A stretch of 42,617 bases of DNA from Octopus sinensis (GCF_006345805.1 NW_021835070.1:1-42617); one strand, 5' to 3'. Numbered from the stretch's first letter, positions 26,490-39,699 are shown. Notes: generated by a model from the letters alone, not told the origin. Translations and numbers: made by a program.

Positions 26490-29425
26490 CTATGTTGGCT
26501 GTAGATAGGTATCTTGTATTTGTTGTCCCTTTAGTATTGTGGCTGCCACTGGATTGTCATTGGTATATTCTGCAAAATATCAAATATACAAACACAAATT
26601 ACATTCCAATATAACAACTCCAATATATAAAGATAGAAACATTGATCTTGTATTACACTAAGCATAACATTATATATTGTCCTACAGTAATAAAGGCAAT
26701 TACATTTATATGTTATGTTTTGATAAAAGTTACCTGGTCCTGCAGGTATCTCATCATATGGCTTAGTCTTGCCATTACTCTTGCTAGCTTCTCTGTCCTT
26801 TTGGGATGTTAAGGTGTCACTGTTGTAAGACATGATGGAACTGGTACGACGTCCTTGACTATGGATTGAATCGCATCTCTGTTGATTAGAAAACAAAGCA
26901 GGGTGAAGCATAATGTTAAAAAGAAGAAACATTAACATTTCTATTCTAGAATGCTCCTGATGAAAGACAAGAAAGGCATGCTTTTATAATGTGTAGAAAT
27001 ATTATCGAATTTTTTCAACTATATTTACCTGAGGCACAGGTGGAAGTCTCCTTTGTGTTGTTGAGAATTTCCATTCATCTGGTGTCTGTTCCATCTCCAG
27101 AAAAAACTGACTTTTAGATTTTATTGTCTGAAGATTTCGGTTAAATATCTCTTCTGCATTTCTCGTTATTGCAACAGGATTGTTAGTCTGATACAGCAAT
27201 TGTCTCATCTCAGTCTGAGAGAGAAAGTTGGGATTCTCTGCTGTTGTGGGTGAGTTATTTGTGTGATTAATACATCTGAAAACACACAGTGTTATGGACA
27301 CTACAATAGCCACAGATAGTATTACAGCTGCTGCTACAATGATAATTACCCAAGTCATATTCAGGTCGTGACCAGACTGGAATGGCACAGCAGTCAACAT
27401 TGGAGATGTATCATTACTAACAAACAGTGTTAGTATGATAGCAGTTGTTGCTGATTGAACTGGAGTACCACCGTCTTTCACTATAAACTGCAGCTCATAT
27501 GTTCCTGCATCGTTTTGGTAAACTGTGCGAGAGAAAGATAACACACCAGTGTGTGAGTTCACTGTAAACAGGTTTTTATCATTGGATCTCAGTATTCCAT
27601 ATGTGAGGAAAGCATTGTTTCCAGTGTCTTTGTCAGATGCTCTCAGAATTGTGATGTCCTTCTTACTGTGTGGATGGTAGTGGACATCGAGATTGTAAGG
27701 GTCATTATTAGGAAACGTAAAATACGGAGCATTATCATTTTTATCTAGAATCTCAATAACAATATTGGCAGTGTCATTGAGAGAAGGTGTTCCATTATCT
27801 TTCACTAAAACCTTGAACTTATAGATGTCTTTCATTTCTCGATCTATTGATTGTGATGTAGAAATAAATCCATATTTTGTCAGTTGGAAAGGAATGTTAT
27901 CATTGTTGTTATCATTGATGATAGAATATGTAAGTTGGCCTCCATCTCCAAGATCAGGGTCTGTAGCATTGATGAAGCCAATAGGGAAGTCAACTTTCTG
28001 GTTTTCATAGGTGAGGAATTGGAATGTCTCTTTGGTAAAATGTGGTTCTACATCATTGACATCAGTTACTTTGACAGAGAAATATTTTTTACTTTCTAGT
28101 TGAGGTGACCCCATGTCATGACACACAATAGATACTTTATAGTGATCCCTTATTTCTCTGTCAAGATGGCCCTTAACAATCATTTTATATTCTTTAGAAT
28201 CTATTTTGGCAAGTTTAAATTTATCATGTTTTAAATCACAGATAACCTCACCATTAGGTCCACTATCATTGTCAGTGACCATAACATAAGCTATAAAACT
28301 ACCAATTTTACTTGCTTCTGAAACTGCTGCTGAGCTCTCTGATAAAGGAGATACAAAATCTATATTTATCAATGGAACATTATTCTGATTATTGACTACG
28401 TGAATCTGAACTGCTGCAACAGATTTTTTGGGTGGCTTTCCTCCATCTCTTGCTTCAATAAATAACTTATAAAACTGCATTTTACTAAACTGAAAATTAT
28501 CATGTAAAAATAAATCTCCAGTTTTCTTACTTAATACAAAATATTTCTGAATATTTCGAGATGTTTTATGGTTGAAATAATATGAAACCTTTCCATTGAG
28601 TCCAGAATCTTGATCTGTGGCTTTTAAAGAAAGAATTGGTAAATGTCTTTGATGTGAATTATTGATAGAAATGTTGTAAAGTTTCTGAGGAAATACAGGT
28701 ATGTTATCATTGACATCTGTCACAGATATATGTACCTTGAGTGTAGCTGTTTTGGGTGGGTTCCCTCCATCTTTGGCTTCCAGGGTCAACATATATGAAT
28801 CTTTTATTTCCCTGTCTAATTTGTCGTCTAGAATTAGTTCAGGTATAAAAATACCATCACGTTTTGTGACAGAGAGAGAAAAAGGTTCTTTTTTATTTTT
28901 CTCAATTATATATATAATTTGAGAATTTTTTATTGAAATATCTTCATCAATGGCATTCAGAAGAGAGATTCTAGTTCCTTTACTATCGCTTTCAGAAAAT
29001 CCAATTTCAACTTCATTTTGTGGAAATTCTGGTGAATGGTCATTGATGTCTTCTATTAATATTTTTATTTTGAGAATTTTCATAAATGCTTCTTCTTTCC
29101 TCACTGCTACTTTAACTATTCTGGAACATTCCCTGTTGTATGTACACAGAGACTCAGCATCCAGTGTTTGAGTAGTGTATAGTTTTCCTGAGTTGGTGAC
29201 ATTAAATAAGTGAGAACCACTCTCGACTGTCCTTTGTAGTTGTGTAAATGTAATGAGAGTGTGTTGTTGATGTGTGAGAGGGTGTGATAAGTTGGAGTCA
29301 ACAGCAATGTCTCCTATATAGGTGTGAGGTCTGTCTTCTTCCTTGACATGGTATGTAATATCTATGGACAGTACAAGGGTGATCAGTAAATGTAGAAGAC
29401 ACAGTAGACCAATATATGCTGTCAT
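26490..29425 (-). CDS. Pcdh: Protocadherin gene 4, intact, 873 aa predicted
   Basis: Exons 29425-27029, 26878-26734 and 26569-26490; same domain layout as gene 3. Confidence 0.95.
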
Positions 29426-31120
29426 GTCTGGAATTCTTCATCACATTTCAGCAGGAGAAATTGCTATAAAAGACAACAAATATTTAAACATTAAGTACAA
29501 TAAAATAAGTTCATTCGAAGTTATAATAAACATTATATAACTGATTATTGTTTGTATGTCTTTTTGATGTGCTCTAAATAATTCAAAATGTTTCTTTTAA
29601 TCTAACAAGCTAACTTACAATATATAGATGATGCCGCTTCCTTGGAATAAGGCAGCAACCTTTCTGTGTTTAGAATTGCATTTAGAATATTTTGGCATGA
29701 CAAGTTTCATAATTTACTATTGAGAGAGTACTTAGAAAGGGACAACGTCTTGATATTGATTTCTAATTATGGCACAAGGCTAGCAGTTTTGGGGGAGGGG
29801 TTAAGTTGCTTACATCGATCCCAGTGCTCACCTGGTACTTATTTTATTAACCCCAAAAGGATGAAAGGCAAAGTCAAACCTGGTGGAATTTGAACTCAGA
29901 ATGTAAAGGCAGACGAAATACTGCTGAGCAGTTTGCTTGGTAAGATAATAATTCTAGCAGCATATTGCCTCACAGTAGATTGATACTGAAATATTACATC
30001 TTTGTTGACTCCATGAGTATCTGATGAGGATATTTCATTGAGATATTTTGTAACAAATGTTTAATCTTGTTCAGGCTCCATGTCTTCCTTAGAAACGATT
30101 TCAAAACAGACACGGAGCCTGAACAGCCTTTCAGCTGGTCAGTTCCTACCAGACCATCCAACCCATACTAGCATGAAAAATGGACATCAAATGATGATGA
30201 CAATGGTGATTAGATGTAATCAATTTACAGTTAGATATTTAGAATTTAATCCACACTGTAGTTATATGTTGGAATATTAACTGATAATGCTGTTAATGAT
30301 TCTATTTTTGGTTGAAAGAATAAATGTAATGCAAAACATATCTTTATATTGTAGAAGTGTATGTAATACCTCTCTGTAGAAATATGAAGCCAAGTTCCAT
30401 TCCTCAATACACACACCAATATAAACACCTTCAGGCACACATATATATTACAAGCAAGCAAAACAGTCAATATTCTTCTGGATAGGTAACAACACTGGGT
30501 GGACAAAGTAAACATATTGGAGGTAGACAAAAGGATAGATAAAGAAACTGAGGCAGTCAGAGAAGATACCAGAACAATTACAATTAGACTTGTCATAGAC
30601 AACATGACTGCAGCCATTATCTCTTCACTTAAACTGCAAACAAGAGGAACAGATGAACAACAGGATTGTTTCAATAAAACTCTCTTATGGATCATCATGA
30701 TAACAAAATAAAAATAAGAAAACAGTGGAAATTTTACCGGTGAGTGTGTTACATTATAAGGCACAAAAAGAAAATGATTCTCCCCAAAATGAGTTTATAT
30801 TTCACACAAAATATTTTGAATAAAAAAGCTAGACAAGATTATATTTATCATCCATTGTAATGATAATGGTGACGAGGAACATTCTTTGCTTATTATGCAC
30901 AAATGAATATATAATGTATATATATATATATATATAGGGATATTACTAATGTTAGAATTCATAAATTATTAACACTGTCTTATTGGCTATAATCAATGTT
31001 TTTTGATAGTTAAATAAATGCACACACACATACACGCACACACATATATCAGTTTGGACTATATTAAAAAATTCTATATAAGATATATAGTTTAATATCC
31101 TTTGTATAATGTTGTCTTAT
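29009..31120. repeat. Near-identical duplicated or converted segment, copy 2
   Basis: Matches 22826-24940. Confidence 0.9.
29768..29971 (-). mobile_element. tRNA-derived SINE (duplicated with the segment)
   Basis: Matches 23585-23788. Confidence 0.7.
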
Positions 31121-31783
31121 GTGACTCTGACATTAAAAGGTGTAATCCAGATTAAAGCAATTGTATTACAATGACTACTGCAAATTTTGTTGTTGCCAAT
31201 GGTGGAAGTGATGGCTAGATCTCTCGATCCTCCACTGTCCCAGTCCCTGTATATATACAACATGGCAGACATTTTAGATATTATCCTTACCCTGTCTTTC
31301 ATTAGAAACACAAATAATATAAATGTTATAATGAATATGAAAAGATAATAAAGAGAGAGAGAGAGAGAGAGAGAGACTTACCTGCATTGTTTAATCCTTC
31401 ACTGTAGTTGTGTGTGATGGATGATGTGTATCCTGCTGTAGTGTTCCACTCCAACTACTGCTGCTGCTGCTGTAGTGGTATTATAGTGGTACTGCTGCTG
31501 TTGTAGTAGTGTTCCTGTGTTACTGCTGCTGCTGCTGTTCCTGTGTAACTGCTGATATAATAGTGTGACAGTTGCTGTATGTAGTGGGAGGTGAGATGTT
31601 AGCCAGATGCTGGTGTGTGCTAGTTACAACTCTATGTCCTCCACACACACACACAATTGTGTGTATGATGAACAAAGAAAAAAGCTATCAGCCTCACTTT
31701 CAATATTGAAAGAAATATAGAAAATCTCTCTCATCCAATAGGAAATTACTGCAATGTTGTCTGTGTCACACAAACATATCAAA
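31110..31783 (-). promoter_or_regulatory. Promoter / leader cassette copy E (gene 4)
   Basis: CCAAT at 31735-31739; donor after 31382; acceptor before 29463. Confidence 0.7.
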
Positions 31784-32816
31784 TATGAGAAGTTGTGTTA
31801 AAATAAACAAGACTGATAATTTCCACAGAACATTATATATTTAGTTTTAATAATCAAACCATTTCATCTTTACATTCCTTTTAATTATTTTTGAAATAGA
31901 AATATCTTTTTATATTTAATGTTATAATTGGTAACTACAAAACTACAATCAGTCATAATATATATTTTTTTTAAACAGTTCTGTATATTTTACTTGTTAT
32001 CTATAAAGAAATGAATGTGACAAACCCATAGCTTTTGACATACAAAGTATAGAAGAATAAAGAGAAATATGTTAGAACATTGTGATTTTGAGGAAATGTA
32101 TTTAATATTTAACCATTATCACCTCAATATCTCACCTATGTAAAGCAAAAATCCTTTAGCAATATTTCTTATTCAAAATAGAATCATGGCTTATTAGTCA
32201 TATTAATGTAAAGGTGAGGAATAAAATTAATTCTTACTTTTATTAAAATATTAATGTTTCCCTCTCAAAACTAACTTACTAAATGTTACAATGTAGTATA
32301 ATGTAAAGCTATCTCAAATATTTTTGGTGATATTAGAAGAATCTATAGAATCGTATGGGCAAATTATATCATGAAAGGAACATTAAATAATGTGTAATTG
32401 TATTTTGCTGGTTAGCTCCAGGAGGTTTTTCTGTTATACAAATGAAAATTATAAATCTAAAAGGGAAAATTAACAATCAGAAGCTTAATTAATATAAGTG
32501 GAACTATAATAATTGTTTGTTTATGTAACAACATCTGACAATTCCTGACCAGGCTTTTTTATTTTTCATACTTTGTAGAGTAAAATGCAGTAACATTTAA
32601 TGTTATATGAAGCCATAACAAACGAGTGGTGTCAACTGTTTTAAATAAGCCAATGATGGTTATACAGGACAATATTTGTACTATTAGTGTTAATTAGGGC
32701 TCAATATCAATGACAATGAAAGCTTTATGAGTGGTAAATATCATATTAATGCTTTAAATCAATGTAAAATATTGGGTGTGTGAGAGAATCATTTAACAAT
32801 AGTCATGGAACATCTA

Positions 32817-35800
32817 CTATGTTGGCTGTAGATAGGTATCTTGTATTTGTTGTCCCTTTAGTATTGTGGCTGCCACTGGATTGTCATTGGTATATTCTGC
32901 AAAATATCAAATATACAAACACAAATTACATTTCAATATAACAACTCCAATGTATAAAGATAGAAACATAGATCTTATATTACACTAAGCATAACATTAT
33001 ATATTGTCCTACAGTAATAAAGGCAATTACATTTATATGTTATGTTTTGATAAAAGTTACCTGGTTCTGCAGGTATCTCATCATATGGTTTAGTCTTGCC
33101 ATTACTCTTGCTAGCTTCTCTGTCCTTTTGGGATGTTAAGGTGTCACTGTTGTAAGACATGATGGAACTGGTACGACGTCCTTGACTATGGATTGAATCA
33201 CATCTCTGGTGATTAGAAAACAGAGTGAAACATAATGTTAAATCAAAGAAACATTCGCATTTATATTCTAGAATGTTTCCAGTAAGACTCGAGGAAGGAA
33301 TGCTGTTAAAATGTGCAGAAATAATGTAATTTTAAAGATCTACTAAGTTAATAAAAAGAACTTGGAGAAGTGATAAACAAAACGGAAAACTCATTTAATG
33401 AAGTATGTGAAAATTTTAGATCTATTATATTTACATACTAAGCAAATTAAAATATTTTGGAGTAAACAAAACAAAGATACTACTTTAATGAAATATTTGG
33501 AAATTTTAAATTTAAGACATCTGCAAAATGTAAAACTATCAAAAAGGGCACTGAGAAAATATAAAGAACATAACATGTAAATAAAACTAGATATTTAAAA
33601 TATGTCTTCATGAATGTTATACAAAAATGCTATCAAACAATAGAATTGTTTAAAATAATATTTACCTGAGGCACAGGTGGAAGTCTCCTTTGTGTTGTTG
33701 AGAATTTCCACTCATCTGGTGTCTGTTCCATCTCCAGAAAAAACTGACTTTTAGATTTTATTGTCTGAAGATTTCGGTTAAATATCTCTTCTGCATTTCT
33801 CGTTATTGCAACAGGATTGTTAGTCTGATACAGTAATTGTCTCATCTCAGTCTGAGAGAGAAAGTTGGGATTCTCTGCTGTTGTGGGTGAGTTATTTGTG
33901 TGATTAATACATCTGAAAACACACAGTGTTATGGACACTACAATAGCCACAGATAGTATTACAGCTGCTGCTACAATGATAATTACCCAAGTCATATTCA
34001 GGTCGTGACCAGACTGGAATGGCACAGCAGTCAACATTGGAGATGTATCATTACTAACAAACAGTGTTAGTATGATAGCAGTTGTTGCTGATTGAACTGG
34101 AGTACCACCGTCTTTCACTATAAACTGCAGCTCATATGTTCCTGCATCATTTTGGTAAACTGTGCGAGAGAAAGAAAACACACCAGTGTGTGAGTTCACT
34201 GTAAACAGGTTTTTATCATTGGATCTCAGTATTCCATATGTGAGGAAAGCATTGTTTCCAGTGTCTTTGTCAGATGCTCTCAGAATTGTGATGTCCTTCT
34301 TACTGTGTGGATGGTAGTGGACATCGAGATTGTAAGGGTCATTATTAGGAAACGTAAAATACGGAGCATTATCATTTTTATCTAGAATCTCAATAACAAT
34401 ATTGGCAGTGTCATTGAGAGAAGGTGTTCCATTATCTTTCACTAAAACCTTGAACTTATAGATGTCTTTCATTTCTCGATCTATTGGTTGTGATGTAGAA
34501 ATAAATCCATATTTTGTCAGTTGGAAAGGAATGTTATCATTGTTGTTATCATTGATGATAGAATATGTAAGTTGGCCTCCATCTCCAAGATCAGGGTCTG
34601 TAGCATTGATGAAGCCAATAGGGAAGTCAACTTTCTGGTTTTCATAGGTGAGGAATTGGAATGTCTCTTTGGTAAAATGTGGTTCTACATCATTGACATC
34701 AGTTACTTTGACAGAGAAATATTTTTTACTTTCTAGTTGAGGTGACCCCATGTCATGACACACAATAGATACTTTATAGTGGTCCCTTATTTCTCTGTCA
34801 AGATGGCCCTTAATAATTATCTTATATTCTTTAGAATCTATTTTGGCAAGTTTAAATTTATCATGTTTTAAATCACAGATAACCTCACCATTAGGTCCAC
34901 TATCATTGTCAGTGACCATAACATAAGCTATAAAACTATCTACTTCACTGTCTTCTGAAACTGCAGTGGAACTCTCTGTTAAAGGAGACACAAAATCTAT
35001 ATTTATCAACGGAACATTGTTTTGGTTATTAATTACATAAATGTGAATTCTGGCTACCGACGTTAGAGGTGGATTCCCACCATCTCTTGCTTCTATAAAT
35101 AAAGACTGCATCTTACTAAAGTAAAAATTATCATGTAAAAATAAATCTCCAGTTTTCTTATCCAATACAAAATATTTCTGGATATTTTGAGATGTTTTAT
35201 GGTTGAAATGGTAAGAAATCTTTCCATTGTCTCCAGAATCTTGATCTGTGGCTTTTAAAGTAAGAATTGGTAAATGTCTTTGATGTGAATTATTTATAGA
35301 GATATTATAGAGTTTCTGTGAAAATACAGGTGTGTTATCATTAACATCTGTCACAGATATGCGTACCTTGAGTGTACCTGTTCTGGGAGGGTTCCCACCA
35401 TCTTTAGCCTCTAAGGTCAATATATACAAATCTTTTACTTCCCTGTCTAATTTGTCTTCTAAAGTCAGTTCAGGTGTAAAAACACCATCATTATCTTTTG
35501 CCATATACAAAGAAAATGGTTCTCTTTTATGATATTTTATGTTATATGAAATTTGGGAATTCATGATGGTAATATCTCTGTCTATAGCATATGGAATTTT
35601 TTTCTGATTTCCTTTCAGACTATCTTCTGCAAACTTGATACCTATTTCATCATCCGTAAATTCTGGAGAATAGTCATTGATGTCTTCTATTATTATTTTC
35701 ACCTTCAAAATCTTCATGAAAGTTTTTCCTTTCCTCACTGCTACTTTAACTATTCTGGAACATTCCTTGTTGTATGTACACAGAGACTCAGCATCCAGTG

Positions 35801-36062
35801 TTTGAGTAGTGTATAGTTTTCCTGAGTTGGTGACATTAAATAAGTGAGAACCACTCTCGACTGTCCTTTGTAGTTGTGTAAGTGTAATGAGAGCGCGTTG
35901 CTCATGTTTGAGAGGGTGTGATAAGTTGGAGTCAACAGCAATGTCTCCTATATAGGTGTGAGGTCTGTCTTCTTCCTTGACGTGGTAGGTGATGTCTACA
36001 GACATTACAACAGACTGTTTTATATATAGCAAACACACCAAGTAAAAAACGTTTTCATTCAT
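32817..36062 (-). CDS. Pcdh: Protocadherin gene 5, intact, 873 aa predicted, divergent signal peptide and EC2
   Basis: Exons 36062-33666, 33205-33061 and 32896-32817; acceptor atttgtag before 36100. Confidence 0.95.
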
Positions 36063-36361
36063 GATTGCAACTCTTCATTCTTCATTATTATTGAATATTT
36101 CTACAAATATAATAGAAATTATTTAATACCAGCTTAAAGAAAAAATTTGACATGAAAGTTCATCAAATATAAACCTTGGAGTACTATACAATAGAAATAT
36201 ATTTGAAAATTGTGAAAGAAAGTCATTAAAAGTAAGTTTTTATGTGTTCCTGTTAGTGTGAAGAAATAGTCCGGATTTACATTAGAGTTATCTCCCCTAG
36301 ACGTTGTAAACAATACTCATCTGAAGCGTTCTTTCAAAAATTTTATACATCATCCTGCTCA

Positions 36362-38655
36362 ACGTCGTTTAACGTCCGCTTTCCATGCTGGCATGGGTTG
36401 GACAGTTTGATCTGGCAAAAGTTTCTACAGCTGGATGCCCTTCCTAATGCTAACTACTCCAAGAGTGTAGTGCGTGCTTTTTATGTGCTACCGGCACGAG
36501 GGCCAGTCTGACAACGACCATGCTTGAATGGTGCTTTTTATGTACCACCAGCACAGAACCAGTTAGGCAGCACTGGCATCGAACACGCTCGAATGGTGCT
36601 CTTTACGTACCACCAGCACGAGTGCCACTCAGGTGGTACTGGCATCGGGCACGACAATGACTTCACTTGACTCAACAGGTCTTCGAAAGCACCATTTATT
36701 GCCCAGTAATTGAAGGGTATTCTTAAATGGGCCGATTGTGCTGCACTGGCATAGGCAACGTTATGGTCTCACTTGGCTTGCCAGGTCTTCTCAAGCACAG
36801 CATATCTCCAAAGGTCTCGGTCACTCATCATTGCCTCCTTGAGTTCCAATGTTCAAAGGTTGTACTTCACCACCTCATCCCACGTCTTCCTGGGTTTACC
36901 ACTTCCACAGGTTTTCTCTACTGCTAGGATGTGACACTTTTTCACACAGCTGTCTTCATCCATATGCAGCACATGACCATACCAGCACATTCGTCTCTCT
37001 TGCACACCACATTTGATGTTTCTTATGTCCAATTTTTCTCTCAGGGCGATACACTCTGTCGTGTATACACACTGACGTTACACATCCAGCAGAGCATACT
37101 AAGTTAATTTCTTGCAAGCTTATGCATGTCCTCAGCAGTCATAGCCCATGTTTGACTGCTGTGTAGCATGGCTGTTCACACACATGCACCATAGAGTCTA
37201 CCCTTTACTCTGAGCAAGAGAGGCCCTTTGTTACCAGCAGAGGTAGGAGTTCTCTGAACTTTGCCCAGATTATTCTTATTGTCGCAGCTACACTCTCAGA
37301 GCATCCAGCCCTGCAACTGACTTGACCACCTAGATAATGGAAGCTATCAACTACTTCTAGTTTTTCCCCCTAGCAAGTGACAGAAGCTGTTTTCTGAACA
37401 TCTTCAGTGTTTGTTGCCCCTGAGCATTTGCCACACAAAAACTATCTTCTCAGTTAGCCTTCTTTTGATATTGCTGCCCCTCTTATGTGTCCATAGCTTA
37501 CACCAGGTACATCTTATGGAGTTTCTACCTATGCCTTTTCTATAAATCAAGCAGGGCCATCTACTTGGAGGGATTTGTGATTTGTCTGCCTTCCTACTTA
37601 TTAAGACTTTGGTTTTTGCTAGATTGACTCTAAGGCCCTTCGATTCTAGACCTTACTTCCACACATGAAACTTCTCTAGTTCTGATAGTGACTCAGCTAT
37701 TAGAGCAAGGTCATCAACACAGAGAAACTCCCAGAGGCAGCCTGTATTGAATTCCTCTGTTATTGCCTGGAGGGCTATGATAAATAAGAGAGGGCTGAGG
37801 ATTGATTCTTGGTGGACCCCTACTCCTACATGGAATTCTTCAATATACTTGTTGCCAACCCTCACCTTATTGTCAGCACCCCTGTACATGGCTTGTACAG
37901 CTCTCACTAACCACTCATCCATCTCTAGTTTTTGCACTGACCACCAGATAAGGGATCGGGGGACACTGTCAAAGGCTTTCTCTATGTCAACAAAAGCCAA
38001 GTACAGAGGTTTATCTTTGGCTAGGTATTTCCCCTGCAGCTATCTTACCAGAAATATAGCATAAGTGGTACTTTTCCCTGGCACAAACCCAAACTGCATT
38101 TCATCTAAACTAACTCTCACCCTATGTCCCTTTCTGTAACTTTCATTACCTGAACCAACGACTTGATACCTCTAATTATTTGTATCCAATGCATCGCATT
38201 TACCTTTGTAGCAGTTGACTATGGTGCTGCTACACCAGCCATTGTGTATGACTCCTTCATGTATCACCTGACTAACTATACGACTGACTAGACTATAGCC
38301 AACACTGCCAGATATTTTAAGCATCTCTGTGGTGATTCCTGATGGGCTGGGGGCATTCCCTATCTTCATACCCTTAATTGCTTTATCTACCAAGGTACTG
38401 TCAATTTGGATAGCTGGTCCCTCTGTTTGGTTGACAATTGGTAGACTCTTTTTCCCATTCATTCTCTTCATTTAGCAACCTTTCATAGTGGCATCTCCAA
38501 GTCTCTCCTATGACATCATGATTCTCTCTCAAAACAGTCTTGCAACACTAAACACTTCAAGTCTTTGGTCTTCATGATGCAGAATTTTTTATCTGTTTTC
38601 CCTCTGGCTAAGTAAACCTATCTCCTAGCTTTCCTTCTGGCAATCTGATACAATA
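36362..38655 (-). mobile_element. Degenerate 5'-truncated RTE-clade LINE (reverse transcriptase pseudogene)
   Basis: ORF fragments GNAPSPSGITTEMLK, FVDIEKAFDSVPR, GVHQESILSPLLF and CVDDL (decayed YADD), broken by stops and frameshifts. The 3' terminus is shared with short fragments elsewhere in the window. Confidence 0.88.
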
Positions 38656-38904
38656 CATTAATGAGATGCAAAATTGTTTAACTAATTCATAAACAGAGTT
38701 CCATGGATGTAGAAAAGGCAAACAGTGAAGGTGATGAAATGAATATCATTCTTTTACACCTGATTGTAATTAACATAAAAAAATCAACAGAAGGGATATA
38801 CATATAGCCAAAAATGGCTGATATACTGATGAAGTGGGAATTAAAAAGAAATAATGAGTCTTTTCTTATTAGAACTAACTAATAATGACAACTGTTTGTA
38901 TCAT

Positions 38905-39598
38905 AGGCACAAGGCAAAATATTTATGGAGAGAAAGTATATAACGGCAGTGCATCAGCATGGCCACAGCTCTGAGCTGAAACTAGAGAGAAAAAAAAAAT
39001 AGGTGGATTATATCAAGTCTTAGTGGATGACGGGTGCTGTTTTACTGGCCCCACCCCCACCCCACAGGGATGAAAAACAATCTGGCCTGAGCAGGAGTTG
39101 AATTCAGAATATTTGCCATACACCAACAAGAATATTCCCTTCTACTAAAGGCATGAAAGCAAAAATTTCGTGGGAGGGGGTGGGGTAGTCGACTACATCG
39201 ATCTCAGTGCTTGACTACCTATTTTATCAACACTGGAAGAGTGAAAGACAAAATCAATCGTCAGCCTCAGTGGAATCTGAAATCTGAATGCAAATCCAGA
39301 AATGCCATGAAGTACTTTGTCCAGTGTGCTAACAAATCTGACACTTGCCTGCCTTCATTATCATCATCGTCATAATAATAGTTTCAAATTTTGGCACAAG
39401 GCCAGCAATTTTAAGGCTAGGGTTTAGTCAAGAATATTGACCCCCAGTAAATGACAGATACTTTTATTTTATTGACTCTGAAAGAAGAAAAAACAGATTT
39501 AACCTCAATGGGTTTTTAATTAAGAACATAAAAACCCGGAAGAAATGCGAATAAGCATTTTGTGAGACACACAAATGATTTTGTCAGCTCACCACCCG
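38905..39598 (-). mobile_element. Three tandem degenerate tRNA-derived SINE copies
   Basis: ggcacaagg / ggcatgaaag starts at about 38906, 39150 and 39393, each followed by the decayed family core. Confidence 0.6.
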
Positions 39599-39699
39599 AT
39601 TAATTACAGTAATAATTGATTTTCTTTATTACCTACAAATAGTTGACAGACAAGATTAAGGAAGGGACAGGACAACACATTGTCAGGTGACATAGATAC

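Noticed and set aside
1823-31783. Repeated CAG-rich exon as a third coding exon splicing to shared constant exons
   Set aside because: Each gene already has an in-phase terminal exon ending LQPT-TAG. The CAG block has non-triplet indels and stops, no good acceptor and an upstream CCAAT box, so it fits a leader for the next gene.
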